From contig JAUZTB010000135.1 in assembly GCA_034780895.1 (NCBI GenBank), forward strand, positions 43,365,458-43,429,457: a stretch of DNA of 64,000 bases. Direction: 5' to 3'. The translations under genes and the position numbers were made by a program. Under the pieces are notes generated by a model, which worked only from the letters and a program-made list of their open reading frames with translations, made no database searches and was not told the origin of the DNA. Positions 52,240 to 64,000 of this stretch are shown here, piece by piece. Source of the DNA: Rhynchobatus australiae. Its lineage: Eukaryota. Position 1 is the first letter of the stretch; every line of letters begins with the position of its first letter.

Positions 52240-54700
52240 ATTTTCTATGACCCTTTCTGGTGCAATTGCTCTTTTCTTTTAATGTTGTGACCAGAACTGT
52301 ATTCAATCCTCAATCTGTAGCCCAACTAATGTTGTATACCATTCTACCATAACATCCCTGCTCTTACGTTGTCTGTCTTGGCTAATGAAGGCCTTCCCTT
52401 TTGAGTTTTTAATCATTTTATTGATATGCCCTGATAGCTTTAAGACTCTGTGGGTGTAAATTTGTTATGTATTCCTCTGCCTTGCCACACCTCCCAAATG
52501 CATTGTCTCTCACAACTATAGACTTGAGTTCCATTCACCACTTTTCAGCCCATTGCCATCTCTCACAGTCCAATGCTTTCCTTGCTGTGAACCATGCAAC
52601 CCAATTGGTGAATCATCTGTGAGCCTCATCATGCCCCTTACATTGAGTCTAAGTTATTAATATATATTACAAACAACAAAGGATTAAGTACTGTGGAATT
52701 TCAATGGAAATGGCCTCCCAGTCACAGAAGTACCTAAAAGAAAAAAACCTTTCCTTCCTGCCACTGAGTCAATTTTGGACCTCATTTTTCACTTTCTCTT
52801 GGATCCCATGGGCTTTTTATTTTTTATATAGCCAGCCTGCCTTGTGGAATTTTGTCAAAGGTCTTGCAAGATCCNNNNNNNNNNNNNNNTTGGTCTCATT
52901 GACCTTCCTGGTTGTCTGCTCAAAAAAAATTCAATAACAAACAAATTCAATGTTGACTGTCCTTGATTATTCTGGCCTTTCTAAATGATGTATACTGTAC
53001 TGTACCTTGGAATAGATTCCAATAATTTGTCTACTAAATTATTGGACAAACTGGCTTGTAATAACTCAGTATATGACTTGCTTGCTTTCTAAACAGTCAT
53101 GCAATGTTAACATTTCTCTGTTCGTCTAACCTTTCTATAATGGGTTTGGTAAATGCTGTGTGTCCCAGTGATATATTTTGTCCAGGCCTTGTGATTATCC
53201 ACTTTCACAGATGCTAAATCCTTTAATTCCCTTAAAATTTCATTGTTAGACTTTCCTAATTATCCTTTAATTTCAGTGATACACTTTCTATTCTATTACA
53301 GATTCTTTTCTTATTTAGCTCTGTGTCTCACATACTCATCCATTTTGCTTTATTTCACCTTCTGTGCAACTCAAGATCCAGGGGATCTAAACTTGAGAAT
53401 ACCAGTCTTCTCCTTTGATGACTATGAACTCCATGAATCTTCTCCTTGACTTCCCACTGACAGCAACCTAAAGATAATTTAGTGTCTGAGCAGCTCTTTC
53501 CATTCTACCTTTGCTAAATCACTTCTCAGTCTGGTAAAATTTGACTTCCTTCAGTTGAACAGCTTTCCTCCAATTTTGTCCTTTTCTACACTGTACTAAG
53601 TCTAACTACCACAAAATTGTTCTGCCATTGATACTCNNNNNNNNNNNNNNNNNNNNNNNNNNNNNNNNAGACTTGCTACACACTGCCTTAAAGTTCTCCT
53701 GAATGCAATTTAGGAATTTTATGCCCTTTAAACCTTCTTTACACTATATTTCACTAATTAGGATAACTTGAATCTTCCAAATTACTACTATCTTTTGCAT
53801 TTGTTGGACATCTGCCTTCAAATTGGCTTTCAAATCTCCTTTGTAGAGCTATCATACCTTCCCAGTAGTGCAGTTAATCCAATTTTGTTCTTTAGTTCGA
53901 GACAGCTCTGATTTTCCTTTCCACTTAGCTTCCTAATAACCTGCTGCAATAGACTGAACCCTTCCCAACAGCACTAGCAAATAGTGAGGATATTGCCCCA
54001 GCCCTATTGTGTAGTCCATTTCAACTTCCCCAGAGCTGGTCCCAATGCTCCAGAAATCTAAAGCACTGCTTCCTGCACCCTCTTTTCAGTTACTCATCCA
54101 TATGCACTATCTTCCAATTTCTGCACTTACTGGCATATGGCACTGAGAGTAATCCACAGATTAGTATCTTTAATATGTTTCTAAACATCTTTCCCAACTC
54201 AAAATCTGCCCTCAAGATCTAGTCCCATTTTCAAATCAGGTAGCCCACCTGCACCCTTAACTATGGAATCCCCTAAAAGTATCTCGTCCTGCACTGGGCA
54301 GCTGAGCCAGCCATGGTGCTTTGATCTTGGCTCAAAGGGACTTTGCACGAAGACCTCTTCCCCACAAGTATTCAGAACTGGTTAAAGCAAGATGGCTCCT
54401 GAAATACTTACTTACCTGTACTATTTTTTTTGACTGTCTCGCAGTCAACTAGTCCCTTCCTGCCTGCACTCTCTTCAGCTGCAAGATGACAACCCTCTGA
54501 AATAATTGGTCTCACAGATGGACCACAACTAACCTCTAAAACCCAGGACTTGAGCTCCTTCAGGTGATGACCCTTCCCGCATCTGTGGTTGTCCAGAACA
54601 CAAGAAACATCCTGGAATTCCCACATTGCACAGTGTGCATTACACTGGCCTGAGTTGCCCTTGTGGTTTGGCTTCCTGACTTTGAGCTCCATCTCCTCTT
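52240..54700 (-). mobile_element. Fragmented CR1 element(s): ORF2 remnants (about 52240-53800) and ORF1 remnant (about 53930-54700)
   Basis: ORF 54408-54920 contains CAHCAMWEFQDVSCVLDNHRCGK..LKELKSWVLE, like the CR1 ORF1 Zn-finger/coiled coil. ccagaactgtattcaatcctc and cttcctgccactgagtcaattttgg are reverse complements of CR1 RT motifs. Confidence 0.65.
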
Positions 54701-55759
54701 CCCCTGTCTTTGTTTGTATTGGCTGAGCTGTCAGCCTAATACTTTTGACATATTTGTCTGATCTATGAGATCCATCTCTCAAATATAAAATGCCAATTAT
54801 TAAAAATAGATTGGGAGCATCAGATTTCACAAGAGCCTGAGTAATGAGAAAGGCTCCCAATGGATGAATTCTATCAATTTGGGTGGAGTGTGGTGAGACT
54901 TGGAACGATCCAATCAGCAACCTGTGGTTCTGCTGTGAAGTTATCAGCTTCTTTCCTCATTTGGTACAATGCACATATGAACCCTCAGCATATATGACAC
55001 AATTAATAAATGGGACACAGGCCCCTGGGATGGTGGTGCTGGGGATACAACCATGATAGAAATCTCTTATCTCAAGAAATGGTTTACAAATATACTTTAT
55101 ATAAGCCACTGTACATATTTTGCCGTAAATTATTTTGCAAACTAAATGTACATTTTCTAATCACAATCATTAGTTTCATTTTTGAACAGAAATGGTTAAC
55201 TTNNNNNNNNNNNNNNNNNNNNNNNNNNNNNNNNNNNNNNNNNNNNNNNNNNNNNNNNNNNNNNNNNNAGGAAGTACATCCCCTTTTGATTTAGTGAAGT
55301 CCACCTGTGTGGAAGGCATCAACCAGTATGTGGTCTGCAAGCATGTGGGAAATGCAGTACTGAAATTTTTTTATTGAGAAGTTGAATATCAGGCTTGAAA
55401 GATGCAGATTTTTCAAATATTTGCTTGACATATTGTCTTGATTCCAGAACAAAACAATTTGCCAGTTAAATACTTGTGAGTTTAAAATTACATCAGAAAT
55501 TTTTGGATTAAGTGGAATGAACTCACATAACTTGCCCTAAAAAGTACAAGTAGTGTATTGATGCAACTACTTTTGACCAATATACATATGCAAAAAAGTT
55601 TTGTTTATGTTACATGCACTGATTTCACCCCTGCAACTGATGGTCATTACATGTACTTTATTTCATTTTCAAACCATCATCAAGCCCCTCTCTCACCAAA
55701 CTCTTAATATGTGCCTTTATCACTTTGGATGTGCGCAGATATCTTCCTGTTTATTTTTG

Positions 55760-56205
55760 TGATTCCAAATTCCATAAATCAAAAATAATCCAATCTGCTG
55801 CTGCTGCTCATGATCTTTACGTATATTTTCCTTATTGAGGCTCCACTGTGACCCAGAGATCAAGAATCAAGATTCTTGTCAACAAATTCTTCTGTAATTG
55901 GCAACTACTGCAGTCTCCTACAAACACATGTTTAGATCTTGTTCTCATTCAGTCAGCTTCACTACTGATGGCTGTTCCTTCAGTTCCTAACCCCGTCTTC
56001 TCCAACCACCTCACAGCACATTTAGCATGCTCCCCTTTTCCTTACTTTCTGTTTTCTAAAACAGCTCCTTCAGAAGTTTGCTTTCATCTCTCCCTAACCC
56101 CTCACTTGTNNNNNNNNNNTATTGCTCAGCACCCACTCATAATCCTCTGTCCTGTAAAGTACTACTGAATATCTCTTTGTAAAACAGATCTACAGAAATG
56201 TAACT
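55760..56205 (+). mobile_element. Degenerate L2 3' fragment
   Basis: caaaaataatcc...ctccactgtgacccag...aatcaagattctt and tail tgtaaagtactactg resemble the L2 RT C-terminus and tail. Confidence 0.45.
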
Positions 56206-56797
56206 TCTTTACATATATTTTTATCCATAATCAGCACCATATGAATCAATTGATTTACTTATGGGAGCAAGTTCCTATGGTCTTGCTCTGCATTTCAACA
56301 GGCAGTGATTCCAGGAGCTCTGTTTGTTTGCAGCTGCCCTCCAACAGTAACCTCATAGTGTGCTGACACTTTATTTACAAGGGCCAAAAAGTAGAAACGT
56401 CATGCTGTACTTGTTTTGCACCCATGTGCTATATGCACTGGAAATAATAGGGATAACTGTAATGGGGGAGGAGAGGGTCTAAAAAGGGGGAAGGAACATC
56501 AATCCACACTCCTCATTTAAGGGAACAAACCTATGAAAATTATTTTTAAGGGTCCAGGTAAAGTTTGGACACTATTTGGGAGAGCCAGGTGTATACTTTT
56601 GGTTGTCTCATCTCTGAGGATATCAACTGACCATGAAATATCAACTCCTGACTGTGGCTCAAAGCAAGAACTTTAAGGTTATGACATCCTCGCTCCTGGC
56701 TGGGGCTCTAGTTCACCATTTACCTTGTAAAATGTAGATAGATAAACCATTCCTTACAAAACAAGACAAAAACTGCCAAAGACAACAGAGTTTATGG

Positions 56798-57177
56798 AGT
56801 CATAGAATCGTACAGCATGGAAACAGGCTATTTGGCCCAACTCGTCCAACACCAACCAGTGAGCACCCTTCTGTATTAATCCCAGCTCCCAGCACTTGGT
56901 CTATAGCCTTCTGTGCTATAGTCCTAAATACTGTCAGCAACCCAGCTTCAACCACTCTCAGACAGTGTATTCCAGGTACTTGTCACTCTCTGGATGAAGG
57001 TCCCCTTCGTATCCCCTCTAAATCTCCTCCCACTTACCATATATCCTCTGGTTTTATCCACCTTTCCTGCAGTCTACCCTATTTTTACCCCTCATAATTT
57101 TATATACCCCAATCATGTCCCCCCTTAACCTCCTCTGCTCCATAGAGAACAGACTTAGCTTCTCCAGTCTCTCCTCA
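56798..57177 (-). mobile_element. CR1 3' end
   Basis: agtcatagaatcgtacagcatggaaacaggctatttggcccaac...ccccttaacctcctctgctccatagagaac is a classic CR1 tail reverse complement. Confidence 0.8.
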
Positions 57178-57193
57178 AGAGAGGAGGCTCCTC

Positions 57194-57639
57194 AAAGAAA
57201 GAAGGCTTATAAAGTTGCTGGGGATTTGCTGTCTCCCATTTAATTTCACAAATTCTTGGTTTGGTACCTTGCTGTTCACAATACTAATGTCGAGAAGAAA
57301 CATGAAATTGAATGGCTCCCTTTTTGACCTAAATTCTATCAATGTGTTATACACCTAATTAAGTACCTTTATAAAGTAGTCACCATAGTAATGCAGGATT
57401 TTTGGTAGCCCAATTGTACTCAGCTGGACCTCACGACCCAGTGGCTGCTTCAAAAGTTCTGATATTGAACTGAGAAATGTAAGTGAACTTTTATTAAAAG
57501 TTGCATTTCTGCCCTCTGTAAAAACAGTGCAAATTGTATCATAGACTGATTAGTCCCACATGATACTGCTAGCTGAGGTCTTGCACATACTTATATTTAC
57601 AAAATAGTTCTGAGTCAAATTCCTAAATTGCTGACCTTT
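57194..57639 (+). repeat. Copy B of a ~450 bp direct duplication (SPAG1 last intron), truncated by a gap
   Basis: Colinear similarity to 44770-45225. Confidence 0.9.
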
Positions 57640-57836
57640 NNNNNNNNNNNNNNNNNNNNNNNNNNNNNNNNNNNNNNNNNNNNNNNNNNNNNNNNNNNNN
57701 NNNNNNNNNNNNNNNNNNNNNNNNNNNNNNNNNNNNNNNNNNNNNNNNNNNNNNNNNNNNNNNNNNNNNNNNNNNNNNNNNNNNNNNNNNNNNNNNNNNN
57801 NNNNNNNNNNNNNNNNNNNNNNNNNNNNNNNNNNNN

Positions 57837-57911
57837 AGAACATTCTACGCAAAAGATGCATTTCACGGTGTGTTTCAATGCACATGTGACTAATAAAGAA
57901 ATCTTATCTTC
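57837..57911 (+). mobile_element. V-SINE tail (same family as 897-1061)
   Basis: ctacgcaaaagatgcatttcacggtgtgtttcaatgcacatgtgactaataaagaaatcttatctt. Confidence 0.75.
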
Positions 57912-58140
57912 TGGTCGTTGCATAATAGAAAGGATGTGGAGGCTTTGGAGAGGATGCAGAAGAGGTTCACCAGGATGTTGCCTGGATTAGAGAGTAATAG
58001 CTATAAGGAGAGATTGGACAAACTTGGATTGTTTTCTCTGGAGCATCGGAGGCTCAGGGGTGACTTGATAGAAGTATGTAAAGTTATGAGAGGCAATAGA
58101 TAGGGTAGAAAGTCAGAGTCATTTTCCCAAGGTGGAAATG
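57912..58140 (+). mobile_element. CR1 RT C-terminal fragment, relatively young
   Basis: RKDVEALERMQKRFTRMLPGLESNSYKERLDKLGLFSLEHRRLRGDLIEVCKVMRG. Confidence 0.9.
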
Positions 58141-59753
58141 ACTGACCTAACGTCACATTTTCACACAACTCGCAAAAAACAGTCAATTTTGTTACTAGCT
58201 ATTTTGGTGACACTTAAACACAACAGCTCTCTTGTCTTCTTTCTCTCCTTCTTCCTAGACCATTAATTTCTAAAAATGTTCACCATTCCAGCAGGCACCT
58301 ACTAATCTTTAAGCTTTGATTAAAGCCTCAGTCATGGTCATGTTAGACTGTTTCCTGGCCAACAGCTAATATTATTTATATATTAAAAAATAGAAATGTA
58401 CACCAGTGAACTACATACAGTACCAGTCTGCTTAATTATTAAAGATGAAACTTTACTCAAAGATGTAAACACCAGCCCAGATTTACAAAATAATTAATTT
58501 ATTGGTTCATCCCAACTTAGTGATAATAAACTATTNNNNNNNNNNNNNNNNNNNNNNNNNNNNNNNNNNNNNNNNNNNNNNNNNNNNNNNNNNNNNNNNN
58601 NNNNNNNNNNNNNNNNNNNNNNNNNNNNNNNNNNNNNNNNNNNNNNNNNNNNNNNNNNNNNNNNNNNNNNNNNNNNNNNNNNNNNNNNNNNNNNNNNNNN
58701 NNNNNNNNNNNNNNNNNNNNNNNNNNNNNNNNNNNNNNNNNNNNNNNNNNNNNNNNNNNNNNNNNNNNNNNNNNNNNNNNNNNNNNNNNNNNNNNNNNNN
58801 NNNNNNNNNNNNNNNNNNNNNNNNNNNNNNNNNNNNNNNNNNNNNNNNNNNNNNNNNNNNNNNNNNNNNNNNNNNNNNNNNNNNNNNNNNNNNNNNNNNN
58901 NNNNNNNNNNNNNNNNNNNNNNNNNNNNNNNNNNNNNNNNNNNNNNNNNNNNNNNNNNNNNNNNNNNNNNNNNNNNNNNNNNNNNNNNNNNNNNNNNNNN
59001 NNNNNNNNNNNNNNNNNNNNNNNNNNNNNNNNNNNNNNNNNNNNNNNNNNNNNNNNNNNNNNNNNNNNNNNNNNNNNNNNNNNNNNNNNNNNNNNNNNNN
59101 NNNNNNNNNNNNNNNNNNNNNNNNNNNNNNNNNNNNNNNNNNNNNNNNNNNNNNNNNNNNNNNNNNNNNNNNNNNNNNNNNNNNNNNNNNNNNNNNNNNN
59201 NNNNNNNNNNNNNNNNNNNNNNNNNNNNNNNNNNNNNNNNNNNNNNNNNNNNNNNNNNNNNNNNNNNNNNNNNNNNNNNNNNNNNNNNNNNNNNNNNNNN
59301 NNNNNNNNNNNNNNNNNNNNNNNNNNNNNNNNNNNNNNNNNNNNNNNNNNNNNNNNNNNNNNNNNNNNNNNNNNNNNNNNNNNNNNNNNNNNNNNNNNNN
59401 NNNNNNNNNNNNNNNNNNNNNNNNNNNNNNNNNNNNNNNNNNNNNNNNNNNNNNNNNNNNNNNNNNNNTGTAGGCTCATAAGTATAGGGTAAGCACAAAT
59501 AAATCCAGTATAGAATTTAGGAGAAACTTTGGTATGAAGAGGGGGGATAGAAAATGAAACCTGCTACCACACGGAGTGGTTGAGGCACAGATGCTTTAAG
59601 GGTAAGCTAGGTAAATATATGAAGGAGAAACCAATAGAAGGATGTTGTTAGGTGAAATGAGAAGACTAGTATGGAGCATTAAAACCATTAGGTGGAATGG
59701 TTAGTATATTCTATACAATTTTTAAAAGTAGCAATGTTTTAAGCAACACATAC

Positions 59754-60158
59754 CTTAAATCTTTCTGCTTTGCACAGATGAACAAGATGTCGATACACAA
59801 GGTTGGGATACTTTTCTAAAAGGTGTCCCTTTAAAGCCTGAATAATCATAGTGAACACATCAGCTTCCAGTTTATTGCTCATCATGGATGGTAGATGTTC
59901 TGGTTCTACATTCCTTAGCAGTTCTGCACATCCAGCAAGATCATTTGTAGCCTGCAACACATTCAGTGCTTGGCCAAATTCATATGCATTTGTGGGCTCT
60001 AAATTAATCCTTTTTTCTGAAGGTGGATGAGAATTTCCAAACGCTTCTTGTTTGTTTGAAGGACACGCATTTATTATAGAATCCATTTGCCCAACATGAA
60101 GACTGGGTAAACTTCCATGCTCAGTAGTAATTTTCTCCTCTTCATCGCTATCAGCAAC
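59754..60158 (-). CDS. SPAG1: SPAG1 penultimate coding exon (RPAP3_C domain)
   Basis: Minus strand tctcttaaag|GTT GCT GAT...; encodes ...PTNAYEFGQALNVLQATNDLAGCAELLRNVEPEHLPSMMSNKLEADVFTMIIQALKGHLLEKYPNLVYRHLVHLCKAERFK, then gtatgt donor. Matches the SPAG1 motifs PNNAYEFGQ, SNKLE and KAERFK. 405 bp, phase 0-0. SPAG1 neighbours RNF19A in human. Confidence 0.92.
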
Positions 60159-61019
60159 CTTTAAGAGATAAAGATGGGAAGAACTCTGCAGCAACATGAC
60201 GCATCAAAACAAAAAGAAAAATTGTAAACAATATTTTTGGCTTTTTTTAAAGTTAGGATATTGGATTTGAGGGAGGTGTTGCATAAATACAGAAAATTAA
60301 CCTAAAAATGAACAGCCAGCTCAAGATTCAGGCTCCCTATTACTTTTGCTCCATGATCACAATAATTTTCACTGGAAGCAATAGAACATGAACGAGAAGC
60401 TTCTAATAATACTGCTATCACAGGGTTCTCAATGGAAGAAATGTAATCCCAGAGTGATTTGAGAGACATGCCAACAATGTATGACTGTTTTCTACTGTGT
60501 GAGCTCCCTTGGATTTTGGATGCGTGAGTGCTTATACTGTATTGTACAGGCCAACAGTGAGATTTTAATACTGTTATGAGTGGGCTTTCCCCAGATATGA
60601 AAGTAATCACAGAGATGACATTTAATAACACACAAAAGCTGTGACTGTATTTTCCCCCCACTGTCACTTGTACTATGAATTCCAGTTTAAGAGGAGATAA
60701 GGGAGATTACGGACTATATGGATGTGATAAGTGAAAATGAGTTAGATATGCTTACCACTACATATCAGTGAGTTTTACCACATTTACCCAAGGAATGAAA
60801 TACTGTACCACCACAGCTTTGTACCACAGTAGGACACTCAGGCATCAACAATGACTGATAATATTGCTTCACCAAAAGATTGACATTTTACAGAAACATT
60901 ATCAGATTTAAGGAGGAGAATGAAGCCAGAGCCCTGGGGAGCATTAACTGATTGAAAAAGAATCAGGGAGTGGTAAACCATTGCATAGATATAGCAATAT
61001 GAAAAGAAATTAGATAGTC

Positions 61020-61145
61020 ATAACCTAATGAAGAGTTATGAGCATGAAATGTTAACTCTGCCTCTTTCTCTACAGATGCTGGCTGATCAACTGAGCATCT
61101 CCAGCATTTTATTTTTACTTCAGTTTTCCATCATCCATAGTTTTG
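61020..61145 (+). mobile_element. Penelope-derived short repeat
   Basis: cctaatgaagagttatgagcatgaaatgttaactctgcctctttctctacagatgctg...ctgagcatctccagcatttt. Confidence 0.6.
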
Positions 61146-62754
61146 TTTTGTTTTTTGCGTCATATCCATAGCTTGCATGTGGTTTATAGAATTGCCTATT
61201 TCCTCAAATTTAAGATTTTAAAGAGAAAATAATTGATGGTCTGGGTAATGCACTCAACCACAAAAATGGATCAGAGAAGTCTGTACTGAGTTGAATAATT
61301 TTCGTCAAGGTATGACAAGTGAACATTGTTCTGATAATGGAAATCGAGTAATTTGCCATACCTCATAATCCAGGCTCACATTGTTTATTTGAGATTCCAT
61401 AGACTTCCAAAAGCAGAAATGTACTCACCAAATGCCTGCACTTTCAGGGAGAGCAGCAAAATAGGGAGGAGTGCTCAAGTTGGATTAAGCCAAATGAGAA
61501 AATAGTTTGTCACTTTGATTAAAGTTAAATGCTTGGCAAGGTATTTTAATTTCAACAGCTTTAATACGTCTGTTCTTTAACACTGGAGTTCAACTGGAGT
61601 CTGGGAAAATTTAGCTAAACAAAGTGGGGTGCAACATATTACTCAAACTAAAATTTTAAACTTCACTTCCTGCTTCTACTTAATTGAAGCAAAACAGCAC
61701 AGATACAAAGNNNNNNNNNNNNNNNNNNNNNNNNNNNNNNGTTAAATTCATTTGGCAAAAGTTAGGATTTTGCTTCTTGTGTATAGTTTTGATCCTTCAT
61801 ATCTTCCTTCCTAATTGTATTTACTTATCCTAAACATTGGATCTAGCTTTGTTTATCAGAGGTTAACACACTTGGCATTCATTTGCAGTATTAATTGATC
61901 GGTGGATGAAATTACATCTAGCAACTTCAAGTAAACAACTTTTGACAGTGAATGGGAAAAAGAAAGAATTTGAGATGAAGAAGCACTGTCTCAGTGTTCA
62001 TTGCTAAACAACTTTGTGTTCACTTTCAGGACATGGTTCAGTCCAGCTGAGAGTTATTGGAGAGGTCAGGTGAAACCTGGATGGTTACCAACTACTTAAT
62101 TTTTAAATTCCCTATTATATCATTATTTTGAATCTGATGTGAATAATGGAGGTCTTTGTTTTTAAGTCAGGCCGAGCTGAACTTTGACCTGTTGTCAGGT
62201 GCTTCATGATCACAGTCATTCAATTCCTTTAAACTCGATCTGTAACAGAAGTTGCCATCCTCTGTCCTGACTTCAATCAGCTTGATTAATCTTTNNNNNN
62301 NNNNNNNNNNNNNNNNNNNNNNNNNNNNNNNNNNNNNNNNNNNNNNNNNNNNNNNNNNNNNNNNNNNNNNNNNNNNNNNNNNNNNNNNNNNNNNNNNNNN
62401 NNNNNNNNNNNNNNNNNNNNNNNNNNNNNNNNNNNNNNNNNNNNNNNNNNNNNNNNNNNNNNNNNNNNNNNNNNNNNNNNNNNNNNNNNNNNNNNNNNNN
62501 NNNNNNNNNNNNNNAGCCTTTCTTTTTCCATCCAATTATGCTACTTTGTCAGAGCAATTCCACCAATACAGTTGCGACCGTTACAAAAGGTGCACAAACT
62601 GTCGGGTTCTTCAATATTGAAAAGTATAGATATTGTTATCTGGGAGTCAGATTTTTTAAGGGGAGACCTTAATTTTACCATTTTAATTTTACAACTTTCT
62701 TCAATTCATTGAGTTTACAAAAATGTAATTACACCACAATTTATAGACCATGCT

Positions 62755-63010
62755 TAATTTTTATTCATTTACAGGAGATCATTTATTGCTCATTGCTAAA
62801 TATCCACTAGAAGGTGATGGCCAACTGCACTTTTGAACTGCTACAGTCCTACTGCCAGTGGCACTCACAGCGTTGATGCTCTCAGGAATTAGACTTGGCA
62901 ATCTGTCGCCAAGTCACGATGGTGGGTGACTAGAAGGGGAACCTGCACACACACCTCCTGCATTTGTCTTTCTTGGTGGCAGAAATTATGAGCTTGGGAA
63001 GTTGTGTCAT
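62755..63010 (-). mobile_element. L2 3' tail fragment
   Basis: catttattgctcatt...agaaggtgatgg...ttgaactgctacagtcc...gaaggggaacctgc is the reverse complement of the tail type at 36100-36340. Confidence 0.6.
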
Positions 63011-63049
63011 ACTCTAAATGAGTATGTAATAATGTGATAGCTTCGGAAA

Positions 63050-64000
63050 GGTATCAGGGATACCAAGAGGCAATACCGACTCAAAGTAGAGTCCCTGACC
63101 AGCCGTCAATTATGGCAGGGCTTACATGCTATAACAGGCTACAAAACAAAGTCTGGCTGCATAGCTAACAACAGTACATCCCTTCCTGATGAACTTAATG
63201 CATTCTATGCACATTTTGAACAAAAGGGAAGTGGATTGTCACCATCCAATGAAGTTGAACCTGTGATCACAGTGGAGGACGTAAGATCAGTCTTCCAGAG
63301 AGTGAACTTGAGGAAAGTACCTGGCCCAGATGGTGCCCCGGGCCGTGTGCTGATCAGCTGCCAGAAGTATTTGCGGACATATTCAACCTCTCCTTGCTTC
63401 AATCTCAGGTTCCCTCCTATTTTAAGAAGACCACTATTATCCTGGTACCAAAGAAAAGCAAGGTAACATGCCCCAAATGACTACCAACCAATGGCTCTGA
63501 CATCCACCACCATGAAGTGCTTTGAAAGGTTGGTCACGGTACGTATCAACACCAGCCTACCAGACAACCTGGACCCATTGCAATTCGCCTATCGCTGAAA
63601 CAGGTCTACAGTGGATGCCATCACCCTGGCCCTACACTCAGCTCTGGAGCATTTGGACAGTAAAGACACCTACGTTAGACTATTNNNNNNNNNNNNNNNN
63701 NNNNNNNNNNNNNNNNNNNNNNNNNNNNNNNNNNNNNNNNNNNNNNNNNNNNNNNNNNNNNNNNNNNNNNNNNNNNNNNNNNNNGCCTGAGGGCATGTAC
63801 CACCAGACTTAAGGACAGCTTCTACCCCACTGTGATAAGACTATTGAACAGTTCCTTTATACAATGAGGTGGCCTTTGACCTCATGATCTACCTTGTTGT
63901 GACCTTGCACCTCATTTCACTGAACTTTCTCTGTAGCTGTGACACTACTCTGTATCGTTACTGTTTTTACCTGTACTACATCAATGCACTATGTACCAAC
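63050..64000 (+). mobile_element. Rex1/Babar non-LTR retrotransposon, frameshifted and internally deleted
   Basis: [53 protein letters not shown] and ALEHLDSKDTYVRLL motifs, plus the Rex1 3' tail. Confidence 0.88.

Noticed and set aside
34397-59498. Long ORFs made mostly of X (for example 34447-35274, 44113-44763, 45294-45944, 58494-59498)
   Set aside because: They are open only because Ns contain no stop codons.
62167-62294. Minus-strand ORF segment RLIKLIEVRTEDGNF... as a possible upstream SPAG1 exon
   Set aside because: No recognisable SPAG1/TPR similarity and no suitable donor; upstream exons probably lie beyond the window or in gaps.
1-64000. Prokaryote-type systems (CRISPR arrays, operons), rRNA or intact tRNA genes
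   Set aside because: None seen. The window is spliced vertebrate DNA, and its tRNA-like boxes belong to SINE heads.

Overview
Gappy vertebrate genomic DNA, almost certainly a cartilaginous fish and probably a ray or relative, judged from its HE1/V-SINE, SacSINE/Deu, CR1, L2, Rex1 and Penelope-like repeats. The + strand carries nearly the whole coding region of RNF19A (Dorfin, an RBR E3 ubiquitin ligase), from the ATG at 12406 to the stop at 47177. Exons 2, 3, 5, 6, 7, 8 and 10 are complete, exon 4 is partly in an N-gap, and exon 9 is not visible (probably in the gap at 45451). The - strand carries the last two coding exons of SPAG1 (RPAP3_C domain), tail-to-tail with RNF19A as in human. The rest is intron and intergenic sequence full of old retroelement fragments. 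I found no convincing new multi-gene system. The best leads are an in-frame alternative donor adding 38 aa in the RNF19A IBR-RING2 linker, a ~450 bp direct duplication shared by introns of the two convergent genes, a duplicated hairpin element in intron 1, competing hairpins before exon 7, hammerhead-ribozyme remnants in Penelope-derived elements, a 7SL/Alu-like fragment at a gap edge, two uORFs, and a dense miRNA-seed cluster in the 3' UTR. Exon numbering follows the human gene as I recall it. Repeat family names come from recognition, not a database search, and their boundaries are approximate.
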